This document shows, in pieces, positions 10,201-19,622 of a DNA stretch of 64,000 nt (position 1 is the stretch's first letter; every line of letters begins with the position of its first letter). The stretch is from positions 62,001 through 126,000 of the IMG/VR virus record IMGVR_UViG_3300046787_000408; one strand, given 5' to 3'. Both the position numbers and the translations under genes were made by a program. The notes beneath the pieces are model-generated. The model did not search any database. It was not told where the DNA came from and saw only the letters and a list, made by a program, of their open reading frames with translations.

Positions 10201-10222
10201 GCAGGGCTTCGGCCCTGTTTTT
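10201..10222 (+). terminator. Rho-independent terminator with UUCG tetraloop
   Basis: GCAGGGC-TTCG-GCCCTGT-TTTT directly after the sheath gene. Confidence 0.85.
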
Positions 10223-10267
10223 GGGCTAGAGATTACAGCTAAATAAAACATATAGGAGATATCAAAA

Positions 10268-10894
10268 ATGGCAGTTTCATCATTACAGAGAATGACAGTA
10301 CCGTTGGCCAGCGATCAAAGTGCAAGCACTCAAGGTCTGCTGATGCCTAAACTCAAATATCGCTTTAGAGTGATGTTTGAAAACTTCGGTATTAGCACTC
10401 CACGAACTGAATTAACCAAGCAAGTGATGACTTTTGCAAGACCCAATTTGAGTTTTGAAGAAATCACATTGCCAATTTACAACAGCACACTCAAGTTGGC
10501 TGGTAAACACACCTGGGCAGACACCACATGCGAAATCCGTGATGATGCATCTGGTGCAGTCAGTCGCTTGGTAGGCGAACAGTTGCAGAAGCAAATGGAC
10601 TTCTTGGAAATGGCATCAGCAGCGTCTGGTATCGATTACAAGTTTACCACACGCTTTGAAATCCTTGACGGCGGCAACGGAGCTGAACAACCACAAGTTC
10701 TTGAAACTTGGGAATTGTATGGCTGCTACTTGAAGTCGGCAGATTACGGCGGCATGAGCTATGCTGAAAGCGCACCAGTTACCATCAACTTGACTATTGC
10801 GTTTGATAATGCAAACCAAATTCCTTATGGAGTTGGCGTAGCAACTGGTGTTGGACGAACACTAGGCGATATTGTAACAGGCGCCGGCGTCTAA
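10268..10894 (+). CDS. gp19: Tail tube protein
   Basis: LMPKLKYRFRV.FENFG...KLAGK..W......DD...WELYGC. Follows the sheath gene, with its own TAAATA and GGAG RBS. Confidence 0.85.
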   Translation: MAVSSLQRMTVPLASDQSASTQGLLMPKLKYRFRVMFENFGISTPRTELTKQVMTFARPNLSFEEITLPIYNSTLKLAGKHTWADTTCEIRDDASGAVSRLVGEQLQKQMDFLEMASAASGIDYKFTTRFEILDGGNGAEQPQVLETWELYGCYLKSADYGGMSYAESAPVTINLTIAFDNANQIPYGVGVATGVGRTLGDIVTGAGV

Positions 10895-10900
10895 TAGCAA

Positions 10901-12034
10901 ATGGCAGATACCACCTGGGGGCAGAGTCTCCTAAAAGGTTTCTTTGGCACTGACACCTTGCGTGACTACACTCACGCAAGCAAAGTGTTTCGAAGTAACG
11001 GATATGAACTCAAGCCACGTCTTAAGTTTTTATTCCATGTCAGCTTTAGTATCAACGTTAAAGAAATTCCTTATCTTGCTGGAGCCATGGGGCTGTCTGA
11101 TGTAAGCAACCTCAGTCTAGTGGTAAAAACTGTTGACTTACCCAAGTACACAATCCAAACAGAAACTCTGAATCAGTATAATCGCAAGCGCATAATACAA
11201 ACCAAGATCAATTATGATCCCATAAACATCACCTTTCATGACGACGGTGGTGATCTTGTGCGCAACATGTGGTACAACTACTACAGCTATTACTACAAAG
11301 ATCCTACTCAGAAATACGGCAACGACAGCAACACCAATGGCAGCATTGGCCCACAAGCCAACCGCACCGCTGGATTTGGATACAACACACGAGACATATA
11401 CGACAATGATAGACTGGTCAACGACTGGGGTTACATTGGCGAAAGCACAAGTGACGGAGCCAAAGGCAAGCCACCGTTTTTTACAGACATTCGTATCTAT
11501 GGTTTTGACTACCAACACAAGTATGCTGAATACGTGTTGATCAATCCGCTGATAACCAACTGGAGTCATGATCAGTATGATTATGCTCAAGGTTCGGGTA
11601 CCATGCAACATTCAATGACTATCAATTACGAAACAGTCAAATACTATCAAGGTGCGCCCAATACCACAGCCAGTGGATTTGCCAATGAAGCTCATTATGA
11701 CCGCAAGCCAAGTCCAATTGCACGAGCAGGTAGTACACAAACTATTCTGGGTCAAGGCGGCTTGTTGGATGTGGTTGGCGGTATCAGTCAAGACTTGCAA
11801 AGCGGCAGTGTGTTGGGCCTGATAGGTGCAGCACAAAAAGCAGGTACTGCTTATAACACCATGAAAGGTGCAAACCTCAAGAGTATTGCTATCAGTGAAG
11901 CTACTGCCCTAGGCGTAGGCGCTGTTAAAGCAGTGTTGCCTGGAGGTGTGCGAGCAGTTACCAATGCAGTTGACGGTATGATCTTTCCCACAGCAACTAC
12001 CAAGACGCCGCCTAATACAAACCCAGGCAACTAA
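10901..12034 (+). CDS. Tail-tube-like baseplate protein (gp48/gp54-like)
   Basis: VKTVDLPKYTIQTETLNQYNRKR...I.Y.PI.ITFHDD...L.NP.IT.W.HD.YDY...M.I.YE pattern of gp19-family paralogues. Confidence 0.65.
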   Translation: MADTTWGQSLLKGFFGTDTLRDYTHASKVFRSNGYELKPRLKFLFHVSFSINVKEIPYLAGAMGLSDVSNLSLVVKTVDLPKYTIQTETLNQYNRKRIIQTKINYDPINITFHDDGGDLVRNMWYNYYSYYYKDPTQKYGNDSNTNGSIGPQANRTAGFGYNTRDIYDNDRLVNDWGYIGESTSDGAKGKPPFFTDIRIYGFDYQHKYAEYVLINPLITNWSHDQYDYAQGSGTMQHSMTINYETVKYYQGAPNTTASGFANEAHYDRKPSPIARAGSTQTILGQGGLLDVVGGISQDLQSGSVLGLIGAAQKAGTAYNTMKGANLKSIAISEATALGVGAVKAVLPGGVRAVTNAVDGMIFPTATTKTPPNTNPGN

Positions 12035-12037
12035 ATC

Positions 12038-12397
12038 ATGAGCACAGTTAATCAAGTAAACCTACAGCAAGACCTAACAGTACGAGTGTTTGATCGCTTT
12101 TACAGTTTTGACGTTGAGGTTCCTGTCAACGAATACGATGCTGTGTATTCTTACTTTCGCAGTGTAATGACCACAGACCGTGCAGCAGGAAATTTTGCTG
12201 TGAGCCTGTTTAGAATTGCACAGACCACCAACATTCCAGCAATGACACTGTTGGCCGGGTTCCAAGGCCAATCAGGTGTTAACCTCACAGTGAATCTTGC
12301 CTACTATCTCAACTTGATTCGTAGCAAGGCCACACTGTTGGGAGTGAATGCCAGTGCAACTCCCAACTTCTACGCAGCCCGAGCAGTGCTACAATGA
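12038..12397 (+). CDS. Hypothetical virion protein
   Basis: Coupled ORF inside the structural operon. Confidence 0.6.
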   Translation: MSTVNQVNLQQDLTVRVFDRFYSFDVEVPVNEYDAVYSYFRSVMTTDRAAGNFAVSLFRIAQTTNIPAMTLLAGFQGQSGVNLTVNLAYYLNLIRSKATLLGVNASATPNFYAARAVLQ

Positions 12398-12825
12398 GTC
12401 GTTGGGCAAACGGTCTTTATGAAGTAATCAACCGCGACAAGTATGTGGGTCGTGGAACACCGCGCTATCGTTCAGGATGGGAACACAGCTTCATGCGTTT
12501 CTGCGACACCAATGACAACATTCTGCAATGGGCCAGCGAAAGCATTGCTATACCTTACATGAATCCTGTTACAGGCAAGAAAAGCAACTATGTGCCAGAC
12601 TTCTTGATCATGTATCGCAACAAAGACAACACAATCAAAGCTGAACTGATTGAAATCAAACCCAAGAAACAAAGTGTGATTGAATCAAAAATGAGCAGCA
12701 GGGATCGTGCTGTAGTAGCAGTGAACTATGCCAAATGGGGTGCTGCTCAAAAGTGGTGTGCTCGCCAAGGTTTGACTTTTCGTGTGATTACCGAACAAGA
12801 TATGTTTACCAACGGTCGTAATTGA
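12394..12825 (+). CDS. gp4: Head completion nuclease (T4 gp4 / TnsA-N-like)
   Basis: YRSGWE..FM.FCD.N.NI..W.SE...IPY...Y.PDF...LIEIKP...VN.AKW.AA..WC..QG..F..ITE. Confidence 0.88.
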   Translation: MSRWANGLYEVINRDKYVGRGTPRYRSGWEHSFMRFCDTNDNILQWASESIAIPYMNPVTGKKSNYVPDFLIMYRNKDNTIKAELIEIKPKKQSVIESKMSSRDRAVVAVNYAKWGAAQKWCARQGLTFRVITEQDMFTNGRN

Positions 12826-12840
12826 TCCATAAATATCCGC

Positions 12841-13332
12841 ATGACGCGGAAACTTGAAGAACTTTTTGATTTGCCATCTTCAGTTGAAATACCAACTGAA
12901 TCGGACACCCCCACTATCGAGGAAACTCGTACTCAGTTGGCAGCAATTGACTCTACCATAGACAAAATAGATGCGGCATTGCCCGCAGTGCGCGGACTTG
13001 ATGCCAGCGACACAGAAATGGACGATCTAGCACAGCTGGCACAAGACAGCTACAAAGATCTCATGGATCTAGGCATGCAAGTGGATAGTCGATTTGCTAG
13101 CGAAATATTCTCGGTAGCATCAAACATGCTGGGTCATGCTATCACTGCCAAAACAGCCAAGCTCAACAAAAAACTCAAGATGATTGATCTACAAATGAAG
13201 AAGATCAAGCTGGATCGAGATGTGCCCGAGGACCAAAAACCCATGCAAACCGCCGAGGGCATGGTGTTAAACCGCAATGATTTGCTGGAGCGTTTGCTAA
13301 AAGGCAAAGACCAAAATGCTGCAAAAGAATAA
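12841..13332 (+). CDS. Possible terminase small subunit (helical)
   Basis: Helical coiled-coil, RFASEIFSVASNML...A..AK.NK, C-terminal R.DLL..L. Assigned mainly from context. Confidence 0.5.
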   Translation: MTRKLEELFDLPSSVEIPTESDTPTIEETRTQLAAIDSTIDKIDAALPAVRGLDASDTEMDDLAQLAQDSYKDLMDLGMQVDSRFASEIFSVASNMLGHAITAKTAKLNKKLKMIDLQMKKIKLDRDVPEDQKPMQTAEGMVLNRNDLLERLLKGKDQNAAKE

Positions 13333-13352
13333 ATATACAATAGGACACTGAC

Positions 13353-13961
13353 ATGAAACCATTTGCAAAATACCTGGCCGAGAGTGAACGCACATACCAA
13401 TATCGTATCAAGATAGTTGGCGACGTGCCCACAGGCTTTATCAAAGATCTTGAATCAAAGATGTCGCAATTTGATGTAGTCAAGATGGGCAAGCCCAAGA
13501 CTGCACCTGTGCGCAAAAACATTCCAGACTTTCCAGCTTTTCCCAATCAGCCCATGACCATTGTGGATGTGGAGTTTCGCTATCCAGCCATTGAGCCACA
13601 AATCAAACAGTTGGCACAGTTGTTGGGCATGGACCCAAATCGTATTGTTATGAACACAGATGCATACGAACAAAGTCTTGACGACGAAGACAAAAAAATT
13701 CTTGATCAAAACAAAGACCTGTTGGACACTGCTGAGTATCCCCAAGATGATGCACAACAACGTGCATTGAAAAAGGACTACGCAACTGGCCCATATGACC
13801 ACGCTGTGCTGAAAAATGCATATCGTACCAAGTTTACTATTGCTGGCGAAAAAACTCCCCCAGCCAAGACCACAAATGAGTTGCCACAAGGTGTCAAAAG
13901 CCCCATGACCAACATCAAGCGTAAACCCAAGCCAGCAACTGGCGCAAACCCAAGAGGATAA
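13353..13961 (+). CDS. Probable internal head protein
   Basis: N-terminus MKPFAKYLAE resembles the T4 capsid-targeting sequence. TAAATA promoter upstream. Confidence 0.6.
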   Translation: MKPFAKYLAESERTYQYRIKIVGDVPTGFIKDLESKMSQFDVVKMGKPKTAPVRKNIPDFPAFPNQPMTIVDVEFRYPAIEPQIKQLAQLLGMDPNRIVMNTDAYEQSLDDEDKKILDQNKDLLDTAEYPQDDAQQRALKKDYATGPYDHAVLKNAYRTKFTIAGEKTPPAKTTNELPQGVKSPMTNIKRKPKPATGANPRG

Positions 13962-13965
13962 TAAC

Positions 13966-15858
13966 ATGAGTTTCTTTTACAATCTAAACAACAAACTAAA
14001 CGCTATTCGCGATTTGCCCAGTACTACTCACGGACAACTCAATGAGCGTGACATGAGCCGTGCTGCCAAGGGCTATGAAAAGTATGGCAAAGAAGGCATG
14101 GAAGCTTTGGCCAAGGCTGGACGTGAAGGCAAAGACCTTGACAAGGTTCGCAACAAGTACGACAAGTATGACGAGTCAGTGGAAGAAGGTCTAGGCGACA
14201 TGGCTCGCAAGGTGGGCGGTGCTGTTAAAAAGGTAGCTGGTAAAGCACTAGATACTATTGGACATGGCAATGACGCTGACATGATTCGTGATCTACAAAA
14301 GAAAATGGGCGTGCCACAGACTGGTATGAAGCCAGGTGCAGAACCAAATCCCAAGCAAGTCAAAGAAAAAATGAATCCAGCCAAGGCCAAGAGCTTTGCT
14401 GCACTTGCTGAACCCAAAGACAAAATTACTTTTGCTGACAAGATCGCTGGTGCCAAGAAAGAAGTTGACGAGATGTTAGGTGACGTTGCTGCTGAAGCAA
14501 TGAAGCAAGCACTTGGTGGCGGCAAACAAGTTGTTGCCAGTGAAGACGATGATAACAATCCTTTCACAAACTGGAAGAAGCCACGTGCTGACAAACCCAA
14601 AGTTGGTACAATCACACATGGTCGCAAACACGATGTGGAAGAAATCCCTGGTGGTCGTAGAGTAACTCGCAGAGTTGATCCGAGTGGTATCAGTGTTGGT
14701 GCTGACGACGAAGCTGCACAAAGCGGTGAAAAGCGCGGACGTGGTCGTCCAAAGAAAGCTGGCGGCCCTGCACAAGAGCGAGTAACAGCCAACAGTCGCA
14801 AAGCCGATCGCACAAGATTCCAAAGCAAGAAAAAAGTTGCCGAAGAAGGCGATAACGAAAGCGACGAAATCAAACAAGCAATGGCCATGCTGAAAAAAGC
14901 CGGCTATAAAGTTAGCAAAGCAGCTGACGGTGCTGAACAAGTGGACGAAAAAGCAGTAAGCAAGAAGCAACAAAAGTTCATGGGCATGGTCCATGCAACA
15001 CAAAAGGGCGAAAAAGCTCCTAGCAAAGAAGTTGCTAAAGTTGCCAAGACCATGAAGAAAGGTGATGCAGAAGATTTTGCAAGCACCAAGCACAAAGGTT
15101 TGCCTGAAAAGAAAAAGCCTGAAGGCAAGAAAGAAAAAACTGAAGAAGCAACAGACAGCACTCCATCCAAAGGCGGTATGAAGTTTGGTGGCGGCATCTA
15201 TGACAGCATGAATCGTGAACTTGAAAACATGATCAAAGAAAGCATGGCTCGTCTAGACGAAAGCATGAGCATCAACATGAGCATGAACAATGATGAGCAC
15301 GGCGGCCCTACCAAGAGCCTTACTGTGACTGCTACTGACGATGATGCAATGAAACTGAGTCAGCTGTTGAAAAGCGCAGGCCTGGGCGGCGGCGATGAAG
15401 AAGGTTACGGCGGATCTGGATACAAGAGCGCATGCGGTTGCGGAACACCTGACTGCTCATGTGGTGACGACGAGTTAGACGAAGTGTCCATGAATCAACC
15501 TGACTATCCAACAGAAACAGAAACCAGTAGTGATGCACTGCAATACGCAGGTGGCCTCAACAAGCCTAAAGCAACAGGTCAAACAACCGCTCCAGTTATT
15601 GCTAGCCAAGATGATCGTCAAGAAAGTTATGCTGAAGCTGAAGAAGATGCCCTGCACCGCATGATGGAAATGGCCGGCGTCAAGAAAAAAGAAGTTGACG
15701 AAGAAAAAACTGACGAAGGCAACAAGTTCACTGGCAATCTGGCCAAGGCTCGTGCTGCTGGCAAAAAAGAAGCTGACCTAGACGGTGACGGCGACATGGA
15801 AAAAGTTCAAGAAAGTATTTTTGACTTGACCAATCAATGGAAAGCATACAAAGGATAA
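13966..15858 (+). CDS. Large charged low-complexity protein, probable internal/core protein with AT-hook and DUF3008-like segment
   Basis: K/E/D-rich 630 aa. Contains KRGRGRPKK and AVSKKQQKFMGMV...DFASTKHKGLPEKK, plus many hydrophobic-x-E sites. Confidence 0.65.
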   Translation: MSFFYNLNNKLNAIRDLPSTTHGQLNERDMSRAAKGYEKYGKEGMEALAKAGREGKDLDKVRNKYDKYDESVEEGLGDMARKVGGAVKKVAGKALDTIGHGNDADMIRDLQKKMGVPQTGMKPGAEPNPKQVKEKMNPAKAKSFAALAEPKDKITFADKIAGAKKEVDEMLGDVAAEAMKQALGGGKQVVASEDDDNNPFTNWKKPRADKPKVGTITHGRKHDVEEIPGGRRVTRRVDPSGISVGADDEAAQSGEKRGRGRPKKAGGPAQERVTANSRKADRTRFQSKKKVAEEGDNESDEIKQAMAMLKKAGYKVSKAADGAEQVDEKAVSKKQQKFMGMVHATQKGEKAPSKEVAKVAKTMKKGDAEDFASTKHKGLPEKKKPEGKKEKTEEATDSTPSKGGMKFGGGIYDSMNRELENMIKESMARLDESMSINMSMNNDEHGGPTKSLTVTATDDDAMKLSQLLKSAGLGGGDEEGYGGSGYKSACGCGTPDCSCGDDELDEVSMNQPDYPTETETSSDALQYAGGLNKPKATGQTTAPVIASQDDRQESYAEAEEDALHRMMEMAGVKKKEVDEEKTDEGNKFTGNLAKARAAGKKEADLDGDGDMEKVQESIFDLTNQWKAYKG

Positions 15859-15862
15859 TATC

Positions 15863-16033
15863 ATGAGCAAAATTCTTAAAGAATCTGTATTGACCACTGT
15901 ACCAGTCATGAACCCGCATGCTCCTGCACCACAAACAGGTCGTCAAACACCTGTGGAAATTCCAGGAGTGATGTATCAAACTCGTGAGCTGTTTCAACCT
16001 GTGGTCAGTCACCCCAACAAGGATAGCAAATAA
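15863..16033 (+). CDS. Small hypothetical protein (56 aa)
   Basis: Hand translation MSKILKESVLTTVPVMNPHAP...NKDSK. AGGA RBS, and the stop overlaps the next ATG. Confidence 0.6.
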   Translation: MSKILKESVLTTVPVMNPHAPAPQTGRQTPVEIPGVMYQTRELFQPVVSHPNKDSK

Positions 16034-16323
16034 TGGCTAATGTATACACCAGTCTGGCCAATGCAACGGTTTACACTGACAAGCTACAAATCTCTACAGC
16101 GGCAAATGCAGTGACTTACCAGTCATATGCAGTGTCGCTGGGTACAGCTAATGCAGTGGGCAACATTTATTCTGCTCCAATTAACATTCCTGCAAACACA
16201 GTGTTTGAAGTGTATGCAGGCGCGGGCAACAAAGTCACAGTAACCGGCACACCTTTTACTGCACTAGAACTAGGCACAGCCAGTTCAGCCACTGCTGGCG
16301 TTTACAACTCAGCAGGCCAATAA
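16033..16323 (+). CDS. Small beta-rich virion protein
   Basis: Coupled ORF with A/T/N/V-rich structural composition. Confidence 0.6.
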   Translation: MANVYTSLANATVYTDKLQISTAANAVTYQSYAVSLGTANAVGNIYSAPINIPANTVFEVYAGAGNKVTVTGTPFTALELGTASSATAGVYNSAGQ

Positions 16324-16688
16324 TGAGAGCACGAGAGTTCATGGCAGAAGATGCAGTTGGCAAGATTAGCAAACGCAATCAAAATGCCACTGTGGGCTTG
16401 AACAAGTTTCGAGATCCGCAGTTTGCTGACCGTGTGTATGAACTCAACCGTATCATGATGGCAGTGGCTTCTACTGACGGGACCAATGTACCTGAAATTG
16501 ATAGTGAATCTTGGAGTGGTCGCAACAACGTGGCAGCACCGTACACTCGAGAAGAACAAGCCATGCTGAAAAAAGCATATCAAGCAGTAGGCAGTCGCCA
16601 TGAAGATTTGAATCACGGTGATTTAGATTCAGAAGAGCATCCAGCGGTAAACACAACTAGTCCTGTCAAGGCGTTTCGAGGATACTGA
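16323..16688 (+). CDS. MRAREF-family small protein 1
   Basis: Starts MRAREFMAE and ends NTTSPVKAFRGY. Paralogue of the next ORF. Confidence 0.7.
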   Translation: MRAREFMAEDAVGKISKRNQNATVGLNKFRDPQFADRVYELNRIMMAVASTDGTNVPEIDSESWSGRNNVAAPYTREEQAMLKKAYQAVGSRHEDLNHGDLDSEEHPAVNTTSPVKAFRGY

Positions 16689-17068
16689 TGCGAGCACGTG
16701 AGTTTATTCGTGAGCAGAAAGAACTGCCAGCTGAGCAGGCCAATCCCATGCGTTACACTTATGTGATTCCTGGTCTAAGTGCAGCTGACCCTTATAAAAA
16801 TTATAGATTTGGTGTGGCCATGGCCAGAGCCCGCAGTGATGCTGGCACAGATGGTATCAATGCTAAATTTCCTGAGTGGGATAACGAAACAGCATTTGGT
16901 GAACATGGCGTGGTTGCTGGCATGAATGCCGGTATTGCTCAAGTTATTGATCAAGCATTGAGCATGACCAAAACACCCGGCGGCAAGAAAATAGTGTCTA
17001 CTCCTGCTAGTACAGAACCCACGTTTGTGGACACACAAAGCCCAATTAAAGCATTTAAAGGATATTGA
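16688..17068 (+). CDS. MRAREF-family small protein 2
   Basis: Starts MRAREFIRE and ends DTQSPIKAFKGY. Confidence 0.7.
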   Translation: MRAREFIREQKELPAEQANPMRYTYVIPGLSAADPYKNYRFGVAMARARSDAGTDGINAKFPEWDNETAFGEHGVVAGMNAGIAQVIDQALSMTKTPGGKKIVSTPASTEPTFVDTQSPIKAFKGY

Positions 17069-17069
17069 A

Positions 17070-17417
17070 ATGAGAGCCTCAGAAATACTACGCCAAATGG
17101 CTGACATGATTGACGCAAAGTCACAACCTGAACATTCGCATGATGATACGCATGACAGTGACTTGATTCCGGTACCCGATGGTGTGTTTTTGCCCCCACT
17201 ACAAGGCAAGTACGAACTGTTGAAAAAAGCAGTGGGTGTGGACAATGCATTTGATGAGAACGCAGGCAACCAGTCAGACGATCCCGAAGCATCAAACCAC
17301 AAAGTAACGCCCATGGAACCTGATGAACAAGATGCACTGGACCGTATGAAAAAAGCAGCTGGCATCAATGCACTGATTGTGCATGATCTTGGTGATGACG
17401 AGCCATTGGACAGTTAA
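17070..17417 (+). CDS. Small acidic protein (MRASEIL...)
   Basis: Start re-picked at 17070, directly after the previous stop. Confidence 0.65.
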   Translation: MRASEILRQMADMIDAKSQPEHSHDDTHDSDLIPVPDGVFLPPLQGKYELLKKAVGVDNAFDENAGNQSDDPEASNHKVTPMEPDEQDALDRMKKAAGINALIVHDLGDDEPLDS

Positions 17418-17429
17418 GAGTAGCCTGCA

Positions 17430-18896
17430 ATGAACTTTATTCAAAATTTCTATACCAGTCGCGACAACAATACAGATGGCAATACCTATGTAGGGCAACA
17501 GGATCGACTGTGGTGGAATCCTAATACTAATGCAATCTATGTAAATTCAGCCAATGTGGCCGGCGGTACCCCAGTAACATTGCCAGCTACCGCTAACTTG
17601 ACAATCAACAGCCTTACGGCTAACACTGCAACAATCAACACTAACCTAGTGGTCACTGGCAACATTAGCCCAGCAGCCAACAACAAGATTGGCGGTATTG
17701 CACCTGGGCCAGGTATTAACATTTCCAACATTGGTCTGCTCACAATTGACTCAGCCGGACTTCCTGTTAGTTTTGGAGACTTTTATGCCAACGTAAATCA
17801 GTTGAGCATGGTTAATGCTAATGAGGCTATGTACTTGGTATCCAATGGCACAGGCAACATCAATCTCATTGGCGGAGTAAACTTCTACAAACCCAATGGA
17901 TTCCCTCCATCTACGGAACCGTTTTTTAGAGCCAAGAGTGACGGACAACTGAGAATTTTAGTACCAGCTGAAGATCCCTTTGAAGGTGGTGTGGAAATCA
18001 TTGGAAGTTCCACAGGCAATTACCTTGCTCCCGGCAGTCCCGGTACCATGCTACACCTCACTGGTAATCCTGGAGTACCAACTCGCTTGTATATTGACGG
18101 CAATGCTGAATACGCCAGTTTTGTGGCTCGTCGATTCAACGGCAATGTTGCTGTGCCTACGCAGGTCCTAGCTGGACAAGATGTGTTACGCATCAACTCA
18201 ACTGCGGCCACAAATCTTGGTGGCGGCAACGTGGGCAACGTGGCCATGGCACAAATTCGTACCACTGCTCTAGAAAATCAAACTTCCACAGCCCAAGGAT
18301 CATCAATCACATTTACGGTGACACCTATTGGATCAGCAGCAAGTGCTAGGGTAGATGTTGCCAACGTCACAGTAGCCAACGGCATTACAGCTACTAAATT
18401 TACTACAACAGGCAATATCTCTGGTGGAAATCTCAATCTTTCTGGAAATATAACAGCTGACTATGTACAAGCCAACAATTTTGGTAATGTAGGCAATGTT
18501 GAAATTGAAGCCGGCGAGACCTATTGGTATTTTAATACAGACAACACATTCACAGGCAACGGTAACATCATAGTTGACACAGTTACTGCCAACCTTATAG
18601 GCACAGCTACCACGGCCACAAACCTCGCCGCAGCCACCAGCATATTGGCCGGCACATTGACCATAGACCCTGCCAACATCAACAAAACTTCAGCCAGCAC
18701 ACAGACTTTTACTCTAACTGGATTGACCACCAGCCACAAAATTGTAATCACTTCGGGAACAGCACTAACTTATGGTGTTGTCATTGCGGCCGCTTGGGCC
18801 AGTGCAGCTGATACAATCAGCATTGAGTTCCAAAACTACACTGGCGGCGGTGTTAATCTTGGCAGTACAAACATACAATACTTTGCCTGGGTATAA
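17430..18896 (+). CDS. Tail fibre / appendage-like structural protein
   Basis: N/T/G/A-rich beta-repeat composition (GNISGGNLNLSGNITA) and N-terminal YVGQQDRLWWNP motif. Confidence 0.6.
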   Translation: MNFIQNFYTSRDNNTDGNTYVGQQDRLWWNPNTNAIYVNSANVAGGTPVTLPATANLTINSLTANTATINTNLVVTGNISPAANNKIGGIAPGPGINISNIGLLTIDSAGLPVSFGDFYANVNQLSMVNANEAMYLVSNGTGNINLIGGVNFYKPNGFPPSTEPFFRAKSDGQLRILVPAEDPFEGGVEIIGSSTGNYLAPGSPGTMLHLTGNPGVPTRLYIDGNAEYASFVARRFNGNVAVPTQVLAGQDVLRINSTAATNLGGGNVGNVAMAQIRTTALENQTSTAQGSSITFTVTPIGSAASARVDVANVTVANGITATKFTTTGNISGGNLNLSGNITADYVQANNFGNVGNVEIEAGETYWYFNTDNTFTGNGNIIVDTVTANLIGTATTATNLAAATSILAGTLTIDPANINKTSASTQTFTLTGLTTSHKIVITSGTALTYGVVIAAAWASAADTISIEFQNYTGGGVNLGSTNIQYFAWV

Positions 18897-18898
18897 CA

Positions 18899-19156
18899 TT
18901 GGAAGTTACCTGGATTAATCCCGTAGTCCGGGGCAGTTGTAATTCACAACTCTGCGGTGGTGCTTGCTGTCGTTTTAAAAACTATACCAGTTCCACAGAA
19001 TACACAGAGTCATGGTGCGAGCATTTTGATCAACAAAACTTGAAGTGTCAAATATACGAAACTCGTCCCGAAGGATGCCGTAGGTATCCAGATGTTTTTT
19101 CCTTAACATCTTTCCCCACATACTCTGGTTGCGGATACCGTCTTGAAGAAGCATAA
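18899..19156 (+). CDS. YkgJ/UPF0153-like cysteine-cluster protein
   Basis: CNSQLCGGACC...CEHFD....CQIYETRPEGCRRYP. TTG start. Confidence 0.7.
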   Translation: MEVTWINPVVRGSCNSQLCGGACCRFKNYTSSTEYTESWCEHFDQQNLKCQIYETRPEGCRRYPDVFSLTSFPTYSGCGYRLEEA

Positions 19157-19166
19157 ATATCAAACT

Positions 19167-19604
19167 ATGAAAAAACTTCTAACACTTTTACTCATCGTGC
19201 CTTGCTTGGCATTTGCACAACCCAAACAAAAACCTGGTGTTGTGTATGACGCTGTGATCACTAGAGTGATCGACGGCGACACAGTAGGCATTCAAGCCAC
19301 TTGGTTGCCAGCACCACTCAAACCAGAACTCAGCATTAGAGTGTTTGGCGTTGATACTCCTGAAAAAGGACATCGTGCTCAGTGTGCTAGCGAAGCTCAA
19401 CGTGGCGAAGCAGCCACTGCTTTTACCAAGGCAGCAATTGCCAACAGTCAAAAGCGACAGATTGTGCTCATGGACTGGGACAAGTATGGTGGACGTGTGC
19501 TTGGCGACGTTTTGCTGAACGGTGTTAGCCTACGCCAACAACTGATTGCCAATGGATTTGCCCGTGAGTACTACGGCGAAGCCAAAACTTCTTGGTGTCA
19601 ATAA
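19167..19604 (+). CDS. Staphylococcal-nuclease (thermonuclease)-like protein with signal peptide
   Basis: MKKLLTLLLIVPCLAFA signal peptide, then RVIDGDT, IRVFGVDTPE, DKYGGRVLG, L..NG.A motifs. Confidence 0.88.
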   Translation: MKKLLTLLLIVPCLAFAQPKQKPGVVYDAVITRVIDGDTVGIQATWLPAPLKPELSIRVFGVDTPEKGHRAQCASEAQRGEAATAFTKAAIANSQKRQIVLMDWDKYGGRVLGDVLLNGVSLRQQLIANGFAREYYGEAKTSWCQ

Positions 19605-19622
19605 ACTGCCCGTAAATACGGG

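Noticed and set aside
14073-15197. Long minus-strand ORFs (271, 205, 97 aa) opposite the 630-aa gene
   Set aside because: These are shadows caused by biased codon usage of a low-complexity gene. The same applies to most other antisense ORFs in the track.
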